Origin: Lachnospiraceae bacterium
GTDB lineage: Bacteria > Bacillota > Clostridia > Lachnospirales > Lachnospiraceae
Assembly: GCA_017465095.1 (NCBI GenBank)
Contig: JAFTWX010000045.1
Span: 20,891 to 84,890 of the forward strand
DNA: 64,000 nt
Reading direction: 5' to 3'
Below, piece by piece: positions 19,174 to 27,789 of this stretch. The position numbers were made by a program, and so were the translations under genes. The first letter of the stretch is position 1. Each line of letters opens with the position of its first letter. Below the pieces are notes generated by a model, which had not been told where the DNA came from, searched no databases, and saw nothing but the letters and a program-made list of their open reading frames with translations.

Positions 19174-19937
19174 AATTTGCACGGTGTTCTCCCTCCTACG
19201 TGCGTAATTTTTATCACCTGTACCATCCTTCGCAAATCCGGACACTGCAGGCTGAGATGATAATTGACTCCATAATCTGTAATATAGACTTTACAACCTT
19301 TCAAATCACTTTCGCCGTAACCCTGCGCACAACGGGTACAGCCATAATATTTTTTTCTGTCAACATTTCGCAATGCAAACACTTTTTCTCCTTCCACCTC
19401 TGTCACAGAAATATTCAATATCCGGCAGGATCTTCTCCGGTGATAGACTGACCCTGTCTTTGTAATGTACACATACTCCTCCGACGTCCCAATGCTGTCG
19501 CCGCAGGTATCATTATAGCCGTTAAAAATATGTATCAAACCCTTTTGGCGGTGGAGCACCTGCCCATACCCAAATCCTCCGATGGGAAGGGAGATCGGGT
19601 AAAGCAGGTCCACCTTAATACAGTCCCCTTCTTTTCCTGTTACCGGCTCCGAGAGCAAATGTGCTGCAACAGCGCTTTTTTTCAGCACATCCTGCTGCCG
19701 TATCCGATGTTCGATCGCAATTTCCATAACATCCAAAAAAGAAAGAATTGTCATTACAGCGGAAAGAAAAAGCGGGAGTATAAGGGCTACTTCTACTGTC
19801 AGGCTTCCTCTTTCCCAAAAAAGGGGACAGGCGATATCCCCCTTGATGTTTGTGGTTTTGAGGGAATTTTCATGCGTCTGGAGAACGTTCATCTTTCTTG
19901 ATGGTGTATGCTGTTTTTGTGCCAATAAGGAGGACAT
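19164..19937 (-). CDS. TadE-like pseudopilin with a C-terminal duplicated His/Cys3 module
   Basis: GGTGAGAGGAG RBS. ERG/SLTVEVALILPLFLSAVMTIL is a G-xxxx-E site plus helix. The C-terminus has two related modules: VYITKTGSVYHRRRSC...GCTRC and VYITDYGVNYHLSLQC...TPCKLC. Confidence 0.65.
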   Translation of the reverse strand: MSSLLAQKQHTPSRKMNVLQTHENSLKTTNIKGDIACPLFWERGSLTVEVALILPLFLSAVMTILSFLDVMEIAIEHRIRQQDVLKKSAVAAHLLSEPVTGKEGDCIKVDLLYPISLPIGGFGYGQVLHRQKGLIHIFNGYNDTCGDSIGTSEEYVYITKTGSVYHRRRSCRILNISVTEVEGEKVFALRNVDRKKYYGCTRCAQGYGESDLKGCKVYITDYGVNYHLSLQCPDLRRMVQVIKITHVGGRTPCKLCS

Positions 19938-19964
19938 CTCCTCTCACCTCTTTTCTCTGCCAAA

Positions 19965-21452
19965 TTATATATAGTAATAAGTCCGCTTCATTTCGCGGTA
20001 ATATCCGTATTTGCTCCCTACGATTGCTTCTATCCGGAGATAATCGACACAGTTGCTGAGGGAAAATTTCCGAAATCCGGAATTTTTGCGGACATCCATC
20101 TCTGCAATGTCCATCATACGAAATGTTTTTTGTTCTTTGTTTTCCATAGCAAGAAACAAACGCAGGTATTCTTCGTAGGACAAACCGCTGCTTATTTGTG
20201 CATCCGCCGGAAGTTTTGTCACATCATCTGCTTCCACCTGCAACATTCCCTCCAGACTGTAGTGCCAGTCCGATACGGTTTTCAAAAGCGGAACCCGGTT
20301 TCCTGCCAAAAGCTGCCGGACATCATATACAGCCTCCGCATAAGCCCACGCAAACAAAAGGGTAATCTTCACAGGCTCTGTCAAAACGGGAGCACCTGCT
20401 GCATTGCATATAGTCGCTGCAAGAACTGCAGCCTCCGAAACCTTGGCGGCGTCGGAAAACAAATAAGTTACATTGCTGACCTCGCGGAGCATCAGCAATC
20501 TTGTTACCACATTTTTTAAATTATCTATATCATTGTTTTTTCCTGCCAGCACATACTCCGTTTGATATTGTAATTGTCCGGTCTTTTTCGGTTTGGTAAA
20601 TGTTCCGCATTTTTCCGATATGTAGCCGTCAAACAAAAGCTCCTCCCAAAATGCTTCCTTCTCTCTTTCCGCAATTCCCATTCCTTTTGACGCCGGTTTC
20701 CGGTAGGAAACACACGATGAAAGCTCCGCTGTCTGCTCCGAAATCTTTTCGGTATCTTCCACTACAAGCAAAAGAATTCCTTTGGAACGGACGCCGTTCA
20801 CACTGTCTGCCGGATTGTCGATATCCACCTCTTTCACAATCTCATTTCCGTCTTCATCCACTTCCCCGGTAGCAATTCCGTTTTTTTCTGCCTCGTCTAT
20901 CTCCGCCTGGCTGGCCTCTCTCTCCGGTGCAATATTTTTTGTGAATAGTTCCAGGTCTATTGCTTTTTCCAATTCTTTCTCCAGCTTTTCCGCATAGGCA
21001 ATTCCGTATTTATGTTTCATATAAGCAACTGCCTGTCGCCGGAATACGGCTCCGCGGTCATCGGTTGCATATGAACAACCACTGACTTCTACCTGCTCGA
21101 CATAGGTCTTTGTAAAGTTAAACACAGGCAACCCGGAAGATACATCCAAATTTTCTCCCATGTAGTACTTAAGGTGATTTTCCACCCGATCCAAAGAGGC
21201 CGAAGACTCACCGTAGGAAGTATCAATAAAAAAGAGACCGTACTGCTCAAATAATTCCCGGTTATACTCCGCAAACACCGAGTAAACGGCCAAATCAAAT
21301 GCGCATTCTGCATCTACGGTAATGGCTCTGCATCTTGCTCCTTCTATTATCGTCAGAAACAGCGACAAAATCACAGATAAGATAACACTCATATAAATCG
21401 TAATTGCTCCGTTTTCCGATCTCTTTTTCATTGTTGACTCCCTTCTCATCAT
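19965..21452 (-). CDS. Large Tad-associated protein with a pilin-like N-terminal anchor (TadG-like role is possible)
   Basis: 495 aa. The N-terminus is ...RSENGAITIYMSVILSVILSLFLTIIEGARC. The start overlaps the flp stop (ATGA). Confidence 0.55.
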   Translation of the reverse strand: MMRRESTMKKRSENGAITIYMSVILSVILSLFLTIIEGARCRAITVDAECAFDLAVYSVFAEYNRELFEQYGLFFIDTSYGESSASLDRVENHLKYYMGENLDVSSGLPVFNFTKTYVEQVEVSGCSYATDDRGAVFRRQAVAYMKHKYGIAYAEKLEKELEKAIDLELFTKNIAPEREASQAEIDEAEKNGIATGEVDEDGNEIVKEVDIDNPADSVNGVRSKGILLLVVEDTEKISEQTAELSSCVSYRKPASKGMGIAEREKEAFWEELLFDGYISEKCGTFTKPKKTGQLQYQTEYVLAGKNNDIDNLKNVVTRLLMLREVSNVTYLFSDAAKVSEAAVLAATICNAAGAPVLTEPVKITLLFAWAYAEAVYDVRQLLAGNRVPLLKTVSDWHYSLEGMLQVEADDVTKLPADAQISSGLSYEEYLRLFLAMENKEQKTFRMMDIAEMDVRKNSGFRKFSLSNCVDYLRIEAIVGSKYGYYREMKRTYYYI

Positions 21453-21616
21453 ACTTTCTTTGTTTCCGTCGTAATGGTTTTAAAAATGCTCTCCATCAGT
21501 GAGGTCAGCTGCTTTTTAAACAAAAGCACAAGCCCGATTAAAACGACCAGAATTAAAATAATCTCCACCGTTCCAATTCCTTCCTCATCCATCCAGATTT
21601 CTTTCAAAACTGACAT
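21449..21616 (-). CDS. flp: Flp-type pilin prepilin (55 aa), absent from the supplied ORF track
   Basis: Hand translation of the minus strand gives GGAGGAAGGGCT ATG ... = MSVLKEIWMDEEG/IGTVEIILILVVLIGLVLLFKKQLTSLMESIFKTITTETKKV*. It has a Gly cleavage site with Glu at +5, followed by a hydrophobic helix. The stop overlaps the next start. Confidence 0.8.
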   Translation of the reverse strand: MSVLKEIWMDEEGIGTVEIILILVVLIGLVLLFKKQLTSLMESIFKTITTETKKV

Positions 21617-21633
21617 AGCCCTTCCTCCTTTCC

Positions 21634-22962
21634 CTAAAGTTGAAATGATAAAAAAGCCGGAACAATAATAACAACCATGACAATCAAAAGCTGTATGATC
21701 ATCGGTCCGAGAAGCTTTGTTCCCGCCTCTTCTCCCAATTGTTTTGCGTGGTTTTTCCGAAGCAAAAATGCTTCCGCGGATTCCTTCTCCAACATAGGCA
21801 GAAGATCCGAAGTACCCTTTTTCATGTTTTGAATCAGCAGGGCAGAAAACCGCATATACAGCGGATTCTGACTGCGCTTTCCAAAACGGTCCAGCGCATC
21901 TTTGCCGGACAACCCGTTTTTTATATCCCGGACCAGAAGCTGCAGCTCCTGCCCCAGTTCCTCTCCCAGAGAATGATCTTCACTCAGCCGAAAAAGCACT
22001 CCCCGCACAGTCATTCCCGCGCCCAGCAGCAACTGAAATTTGCTGACAAATTCCGGATATTTCAGTTCCATCTGTCTCCTTCGCAGCAAAGACAGCTTCT
22101 TTAAATCCCTGTCTTTTGCAAAGAAAACAAGAACCGCTGTCACCGCCGGAAACAGCAGATAATACAAGCTTCCTCCGTTTCCCTGCTCCGAGTAGGTAAT
22201 CGTCTCACCCGCCACTTCCTCCGGAAGAATTAAGGCCCCGGTATATTTTTGCTCTTCATCCGCCTGTTTCACCGCCTGCAGCACTTCTTTTTCCCAAGTC
22301 TGCGACGGTGTCAGCTCTCCCGGACACACACCTACGGGAAAGCTGTATTCATACTCTGTTTCCTCGTAAGACATACATACCGTCAGCATCGCATATTCCT
22401 TTTGCTCCAAATCTCCGTTATGTACCGTTCCGTCCTCGTCAATAAGCGCATACGGATTACATGTCCAGGAAAAAACCATCGGATAACCCTCATAGGATTC
22501 TTTCAAAACAAGGGATGTCTTTATCTGTTCTAGGCTTTCGTTTTCACCCAATATGAGCGTCTCGCACTCCTTTTCGAACTGCTCCGCTTTTTGTTCAATC
22601 TCCTCCGGCGTACACGCCTTTCCTCCCACTGCGTATGAGAAATCATAGACTTTTTCTTTCTCCGAGGCCGACTTTGCCCGCAGTCGCACTTCCCGGCTTT
22701 TTGATATATTCGCATCCCGGTATATTTGGTTTCCCTGCAACAACGGCTCCTCTTTTTCGTTATAAATAAGTATCCCCGCAAAAAACAACCCGACCAAAAA
22801 AATCTTCACTGCCAACGCCAGTTTTTTCTTGTAAAAAGTTTTGCACAGCTGTGATTCCTCCTGCAGAGGATACAAAAATTTCAGCTGCGTCCTAACCTTT
22901 TCCGAAAAAAGCTTTTTTACTCTCGGATGCGACAATATGGTTTCTGCTGCTTTTTCAAACAT
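21634..22962 (-). CDS. TadC-like platform protein: extra N-terminal domain plus a C-terminal T2SS-F-type domain
   Basis: The start was trimmed to the ATG 2 nt after the upstream stop (MFEKAAETILSHPRV...). The C-terminal part LKYPEFVSKFQLLLGAGMTVRGVL...LGPMIIQLLIVMVVIIVPAFL resembles GspF/TadC domains. Confidence 0.65.
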   Translation of the reverse strand: MFEKAAETILSHPRVKKLFSEKVRTQLKFLYPLQEESQLCKTFYKKKLALAVKIFLVGLFFAGILIYNEKEEPLLQGNQIYRDANISKSREVRLRAKSASEKEKVYDFSYAVGGKACTPEEIEQKAEQFEKECETLILGENESLEQIKTSLVLKESYEGYPMVFSWTCNPYALIDEDGTVHNGDLEQKEYAMLTVCMSYEETEYEYSFPVGVCPGELTPSQTWEKEVLQAVKQADEEQKYTGALILPEEVAGETITYSEQGNGGSLYYLLFPAVTAVLVFFAKDRDLKKLSLLRRRQMELKYPEFVSKFQLLLGAGMTVRGVLFRLSEDHSLGEELGQELQLLVRDIKNGLSGKDALDRFGKRSQNPLYMRFSALLIQNMKKGTSDLLPMLEKESAEAFLLRKNHAKQLGEEAGTKLLGPMIIQLLIVMVVIIVPAFLSFQL

Positions 22963-22964
22963 TT

Positions 22965-23702
22965 CTACACCTCGATATCCATTATTTTCTGTGAGAGAAA
23001 AATCGCAAAAATATACAAAATAAGACACGAAGTCATAATCAGAATGCCCGGCAAGGTTCCGTACAGCTGGTCAAAATATCCCGGGGAGCTCAGTCGCATA
23101 TATCCGATAATTCCGATGGGAACGACATTCATTACATTCTGCTCCGCACGTTTGGCCGCGAACATAAGAGCAATCTCTCTTTTTGTCTCTATTTTCTCCC
23201 CGATTACCGTCGCCGTGTTTTGTATGATGGCATTCATATTTCCGCCGCTTCGCTTGGCAATGGAAAAAATAGCGGCAAAATCACAGATATCGCTATGCCC
23301 GGATCTCTTTGCAAAATCCAAAATGAGTTCCTCCAAAACCTGATTGTTCTGCAACCGGTGACAAATGGTTTTACATTCCGTCACCATGTCCGACTTTTCA
23401 TCGTATACAAGACAAAGATCCGCCGAAGCCTGAATAAACGCATTTTCTACGGAATATCCCGCTTTCAGTGATCCGCTGAAGGATAAAAGAAACTGTTTAA
23501 ATTCCAGCGCCAACCGTTCTCTGCGTTTCGCCGCCAACTCGTTTCCCTTTTTACGCATCAGAAACGGAAAAAGAACAATTCCAAACAAAGCGGCGACATA
23601 GGAATCATAAAAAACCTTCGCCAGAATCAAAAAAATCATCGAAAACCATATGCTGCTTTTTATCACCTCCGCCGGTGACATGCGGTATCTGCTATATTCC
23701 AT
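22965..23702 (-). CDS. TadB-like platform protein (T2SS-F domain)
   Basis: 245 aa. An N-terminal TM is followed by LEFKQFLLSFSGSLKAGYSVENAF and C-terminal TM helices. Confidence 0.7.
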   Translation of the reverse strand: MEYSRYRMSPAEVIKSSIWFSMIFLILAKVFYDSYVAALFGIVLFPFLMRKKGNELAAKRRERLALEFKQFLLSFSGSLKAGYSVENAFIQASADLCLVYDEKSDMVTECKTICHRLQNNQVLEELILDFAKRSGHSDICDFAAIFSIAKRSGGNMNAIIQNTATVIGEKIETKREIALMFAAKRAEQNVMNVVPIGIIGYMRLSSPGYFDQLYGTLPGILIMTSCLILYIFAIFLSQKIMDIEV

Positions 23703-23705
23703 AAT

Positions 23706-24938
23706 TTATATCTCCTCCGTCGAAAAGCCTGCTGCCAACAGCTTATCCAAATGCTTGAGCGACCCTCTTTTCTTCAGCTCGCCGATTATTTTTCCGTCTC
23801 TTCCGATTCCCGTTTCCTCAAACCGGTAAATCGGGGCCGTTACAATCTCACCGTCCTCATAGCCTAAAACCTCCGCGATTTCCAACACTTTCCTGCTTTT
23901 GTCCCGCAAGCGTCCCAAATGCACAATGACATCGATTCCCCCTGCAATCTGCCTCCGCACAGCGGAAAGAGGCATCTCCATTCCCATGAGAATCATCGTC
24001 TCCAAACGGTACAACATGTCCCGGGCGCTGTTGGCATGACCGGTAGAAAGGGAACCGTCGTGTCCGGTATTCAGTGCCTGTACCATATCGATTGCCTCCA
24101 CAGACCGCACCTCGCCGACAATGATCCGGTCCGGTCGCATGCGGAGAGATGCCTTAATCAAATCCCGAATGGTAATCGGTTTACAGTCCTCCATATTGGC
24201 ATTGCGGGTTTCCAGCCGGACCAGATTTTCAATGCCCTGAATCTGCAGTTCCGCGCTGTCCTCTATGGTAATAATCCGCTCTGTTTTCGGAATAAATCCG
24301 GATAAAACATTGAGAAATGTCGTTTTTCCGCTTCCCGTACCTCCGCTGATAAAAATGTTGTATCCGGCAATAACAAGCTTTTCCAAAAATCGGACAACCT
24401 CCTCCGTGACGGACCCCATCTGCAAAAGATCCTCCACCCCTATCGGCTTATCCGGGAAACGGCGGATGGTCAAAATCGGGCCGTTTAACGCCACCGGCGC
24501 AAGCACCACATTCACTCTGCTTCCGTTTTCAAGTCTTGCATCAACAATCGGCGAACTTTCATTTACAACCCGGTTGGACCCTGCCACAATCTGCTGAATA
24601 ATATCCTCCAGCTTTTCCGTCGATGAAAACCGGTTTTTGTACCGGATGAGCCCGCCTCCTTTTTCTACAAAGATACAATCCGGTCCGTTCACCATAATCT
24701 CCGTAATGGAATTATCCTCGATCAGCTCCTGCAAAACATCCAGCTTTCGGATGGCATAGTATATTTCATTACAGAGTTTTTCTTTCTTCCCATGAGGAAT
24801 ATAACTGCTCTTTCCCTCCGAGAGAATCTCCTCCCGAATCATTTCGCGGACCTGTGCATCCTCTGTTTCCATGCTGTACTGCAGCTTCTCAAATAACCGG
24901 TTCTGCACCTTTGTTTTTATCTCTTCGTACTCCGTCAA
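23706..24938 (-). CDS. tadA: CpaF/TadA-type secretion ATPase
   Basis: Walker A is FISGGTGSGKTTFLN, the Asp box ITIEDSAEL, Walker B RIIVGEVR and the His box TGHDGSLSTGHAN. Confidence 0.92.
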   Translation of the reverse strand: MTEYEEIKTKVQNRLFEKLQYSMETEDAQVREMIREEILSEGKSSYIPHGKKEKLCNEIYYAIRKLDVLQELIEDNSITEIMVNGPDCIFVEKGGGLIRYKNRFSSTEKLEDIIQQIVAGSNRVVNESSPIVDARLENGSRVNVVLAPVALNGPILTIRRFPDKPIGVEDLLQMGSVTEEVVRFLEKLVIAGYNIFISGGTGSGKTTFLNVLSGFIPKTERIITIEDSAELQIQGIENLVRLETRNANMEDCKPITIRDLIKASLRMRPDRIIVGEVRSVEAIDMVQALNTGHDGSLSTGHANSARDMLYRLETMILMGMEMPLSAVRRQIAGGIDVIVHLGRLRDKSRKVLEIAEVLGYEDGEIVTAPIYRFEETGIGRDGKIIGELKKRGSLKHLDKLLAAGFSTEEI

Positions 24939-25933
24939 TGTTCCTTCCTTTCCGCCATAAGGTCTTTCACAAATTCAGCCAGTTCGCTGTGGGTATACAT
25001 AGATGCCGATGCAGGAATATTATGAAAATCCGGGACAATACATTTCGTGGTGCGTTCCAAAATTTCCTCCTTTTTCATGTGGAGAAGAAGCCGTTCATAC
25101 TGGTCTGCTTTCGCCTTTGCCAGTCCGTCCTCCGTCAGACACGTATATATGTCATCACACATTTCCAAGAGAGAAAAAATACCTTTTGTCTGCTCCGTCA
25201 AATCCAAGATCAACACGTCATACTCGGTTTCTTCCACGATTCTGTGAATTAATTTGTGCCAAAGGGTCATATCTATTTCCTCCATGTCCGGGTGACAAAA
25301 CACCGGAGGAATGTAATTGAGACCACCCACCGTTTCCATCATGCTTTCCAGTCTTAGTCGGAACTTTCCCTTCTCTTCCTTCAAAAAGAAAAAAATATCC
25401 ATCATGTCATGCTTGTATTTCTTTTGCATCATGTACTCAAATCCGGAATACGGCTCAAAATTGAGATACAAAACTTTCTTTTTCAGTGCCAAAAGCTGTC
25501 CCATAGTAAGCGCAAGACAACTCTGCAATACCAGATGTACCGGCGAATAAAAAGCAATGATTTTCATATCCTGTCGCCGTTTGCAAAATGCACTGTCCGC
25601 AGGAAAAACGATTCCCTTTTCACTGCACAGCAGCAGAATATCCTTTGTAATCTGTTCCACCGACTGAAATTTAAAAATACAATCTTTTTTCCTTTTCCCG
25701 GAAAAATAAAAGATATGTTCCGTCCTTTTCAAAAGCTCCTCCAGCTCATACGATTGCAGCATTCCCTCCCCGACGAGGCAGATGGAAAAATTTTTCTCCC
25801 CGGCCGACTCCAGCAATTTGTCTGCTTTATCAAAGGCCTCCACCTCCATCTCAAACCGGTATTTTTTTCGCAGATATTCTGCCAAAATCTGCACAAACCG
25901 CGTCTCTTTATCGCAAATTGCTATTACCGTCAT
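24935..25933 (-). CDS. TadZ/CpaE-like protein: pseudo-receiver domain plus a ParA/MinD-like domain with a degenerate P-loop
   Basis: The N-terminus MTVIAICDKETRFVQILAEYL...FSICLVGEGM is receiver-like but lacks the acidic pocket and phospho-Asp. Where KGGxGKT is expected, the sequence reads MKIIAFYSPVHLVLQSCLALTMGQLLALKKKVLYLNFE. There are 4-nt overlaps with both neighbours. Confidence 0.55.
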   Translation of the reverse strand: MTVIAICDKETRFVQILAEYLRKKYRFEMEVEAFDKADKLLESAGEKNFSICLVGEGMLQSYELEELLKRTEHIFYFSGKRKKDCIFKFQSVEQITKDILLLCSEKGIVFPADSAFCKRRQDMKIIAFYSPVHLVLQSCLALTMGQLLALKKKVLYLNFEPYSGFEYMMQKKYKHDMMDIFFFLKEEKGKFRLRLESMMETVGGLNYIPPVFCHPDMEEIDMTLWHKLIHRIVEETEYDVLILDLTEQTKGIFSLLEMCDDIYTCLTEDGLAKAKADQYERLLLHMKKEEILERTTKCIVPDFHNIPASASMYTHSELAEFVKDLMAERKEH

Positions 25934-26373
25934 AGAAAACCTCCCCGCAACTGTTCATAGATCACACCTAAAAAAACTGGTATACTGAAATGAATGACAT
26001 GTCTCAAATTTTTGTTATAAAAATCTTTGGAAAAATACAGGTGATACACCAGATAAAAAACAGAAATGAGTCCGCCGATAAACAGCGTGTAGAGCGCAAC
26101 GGAAATTCCTTTTTCCCACCCCGTAAACAATGCGCATAGGCTGAGCAGCTTTACATCGCCGCCGCCGAAAGCCCTGAGCTTGTAAAAGGGTATCAGTAAA
26201 AAGAACATTCCGACTGCGGATGCAAGGTAAGAAAGCCAACTCCGCCCGTCGGGATAGAAAAAGCGGTAGAAACCTCCGACAGCGCACCCGATCAGTATCA
26301 GCTTATTCGGTATGCGAAACGTTCTGACGTCAAAAAAGACGGCCAGAATTAAAAAAACGTATAGAAACAGCAT
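25930..26373 (-). CDS. A24-family prepilin peptidase (TadV/CpaA-type), copy 1; first gene of the Tad operon
   Basis: FFDVRTFRIPN carries the first Asp and AFGGGDVKLL the second (GxGD). 147 aa and polytopic. Confidence 0.8.
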   Translation of the reverse strand: MLFLYVFLILAVFFDVRTFRIPNKLILIGCAVGGFYRFFYPDGRSWLSYLASAVGMFFLLIPFYKLRAFGGGDVKLLSLCALFTGWEKGISVALYTLFIGGLISVFYLVYHLYFSKDFYNKNLRHVIHFSIPVFLGVIYEQLRGGFL

Positions 26374-26486
26374 CTCTCTCCTTCTTTCGATTTATGGATT
26401 TATAAAAAATTGAATGTGGCTCCGACCTTTCTGGAACCGGTGAAAAAAAGTACCAAAGTAAAACTTCGGTGTGATTTGATTAAGAA

Positions 26487-26515
26487 TGTAAATTGGATTA
26501 TAGCGGAGGGATTTT
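26487..26515 (-). promoter_or_regulatory. Sigma-A type promoter candidate for the Tad operon
   Basis: The minus strand reads TTTACA, a 17-nt spacer (attaaaaatccctccgc), then TATAAT. This lies about 105 nt upstream of the first ATG. Confidence 0.55.
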
Positions 26516-26600
26516 TAATTGTAAACCCCTCTTTTTAAAAAAATTGATTTTTGTTAGTTTTTACTAATAACTGTGAAAAACTTGTGCGTATAAAACGAGC

Positions 26601-26624
26601 AAACCCCGAGAAATCCCGGGGTTT
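26601..26624 (-). terminator. Terminator of the SGNH-like gene
   Basis: The hairpin aaaccccg...cggggttt is followed on the minus strand by gctcgtttta. Confidence 0.55.
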
Positions 26625-26638
26625 TACGTGTCAAAACA

Positions 26639-27676
26639 TTATTTGTTTTTTTCGATAATTTCTTGAATAACTTCAAAATATTCGTCAGATCTGGTTTCCC
26701 AAGAGGTATAAGATTCATCCTCTCTGCGATCCGGCAAATCATACGTATCAATCAAATGCTGACCATATACATCGCAGAATTTATAGGAACCTACCACATT
26801 GGTATGATTGACATCCTGAAAATCTTCTTCCACAACAAATCCAAAACTGTCAAAAAGAGCTTTGTCATTATAGTCGATAAATGTGATACCGTACTCCTCC
26901 ACGATATCTCCGACATAGTTGATCATTCCTTTTCTCTTTTCCGATAACAAAGTCGGAACCGCAATGAACTCGATCTGCACATCCTGCTTTTGACACCATT
27001 CCAGCAATTCCCTAAGAGAGGCTTCTCTTCCCTCATGAATCGGAACACGGATATCGGTATCCACCACTTCTTCTTTTTCGATGGTTCTCGTCAAAAACTT
27101 CTTTTCATAGCAGGAATTTAAATAGGATTCCTTCATTTTCAAAATGTCTCTTTTTTTAAGAGCTTTCCATCTGGAATGGAACTGTATCACCGGAAAATAA
27201 TATTGCAGTCTGTCCCATCCTTCGATGCCTACCGTATCGCAATAGGTCTTAATCGTGTCCAGATAGTTAGAGGAGAATTTCATATTGCTTGTCAAATAAT
27301 AGATTTTATTATTTTCCAAATCGTGATTGTCTGCAAAAGCAAGGGCATCAAAAACCAGCACCTTCGGGGTCTGCGTTTTCAACGCTTCCACACCTACATT
27401 CCGGAATACATTACAAGGCATATCCGATGTGGAAAGGGATAATCCGGCAATTCCGTGCTGCTCCCAGCCGAACGCTCCCTGCCAGTACCGGTAAATATGA
27501 CTGTTTCCGATGACAACCGCATCCACCGTATTTTCTTTTTCGTTGTAATAGCCATCCATCATCATCTCCGCATGCTCTGTCAAAGAGTTTGATGCTGTGA
27601 AAATTTTTTGCATAAACAAAAACATGACGACAACGGACAGGACAAATATAATATTTGTTACGACTTTCTTTTTCAT
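26639..27676 (-). CDS. Membrane-anchored SGNH/GDSL-like hydrolase-fold protein
   Basis: The start was set at the ATG (MKKKVVTNIIFVLSVVVMF) preceded by AAGGAA; the track start at 27706 is GTG. Motifs are VVIGNSH, a GDS-like block I, and a C-terminal DVNHT (DxxH block V). Confidence 0.5.
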   Translation of the reverse strand: MKKKVVTNIIFVLSVVVMFLFMQKIFTASNSLTEHAEMMMDGYYNEKENTVDAVVIGNSHIYRYWQGAFGWEQHGIAGLSLSTSDMPCNVFRNVGVEALKTQTPKVLVFDALAFADNHDLENNKIYYLTSNMKFSSNYLDTIKTYCDTVGIEGWDRLQYYFPVIQFHSRWKALKKRDILKMKESYLNSCYEKKFLTRTIEKEEVVDTDIRVPIHEGREASLRELLEWCQKQDVQIEFIAVPTLLSEKRKGMINYVGDIVEEYGITFIDYNDKALFDSFGFVVEEDFQDVNHTNVVGSYKFCDVYGQHLIDTYDLPDRREDESYTSWETRSDEYFEVIQEIIEKNK

Positions 27677-27734
27677 CTTTTCGTTCCTTAAACTGTCAAT
27701 GATCACAATAAAATATCAAAAAACACACGCTATA

Positions 27735-27763
27735 AGTATATTCGCTATCTTGCAGAATGTCAA
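27735..27763 (-). promoter_or_regulatory. Sigma-A type promoter candidate for the SGNH-like gene
   Basis: The minus strand reads TTGACA, a 17-nt spacer (ttctgcaagatagcgaa), then TATACT. Confidence 0.55.
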
Positions 27764-27789
27764 ATTACAAAGTTTGACAACCTTAAAAT

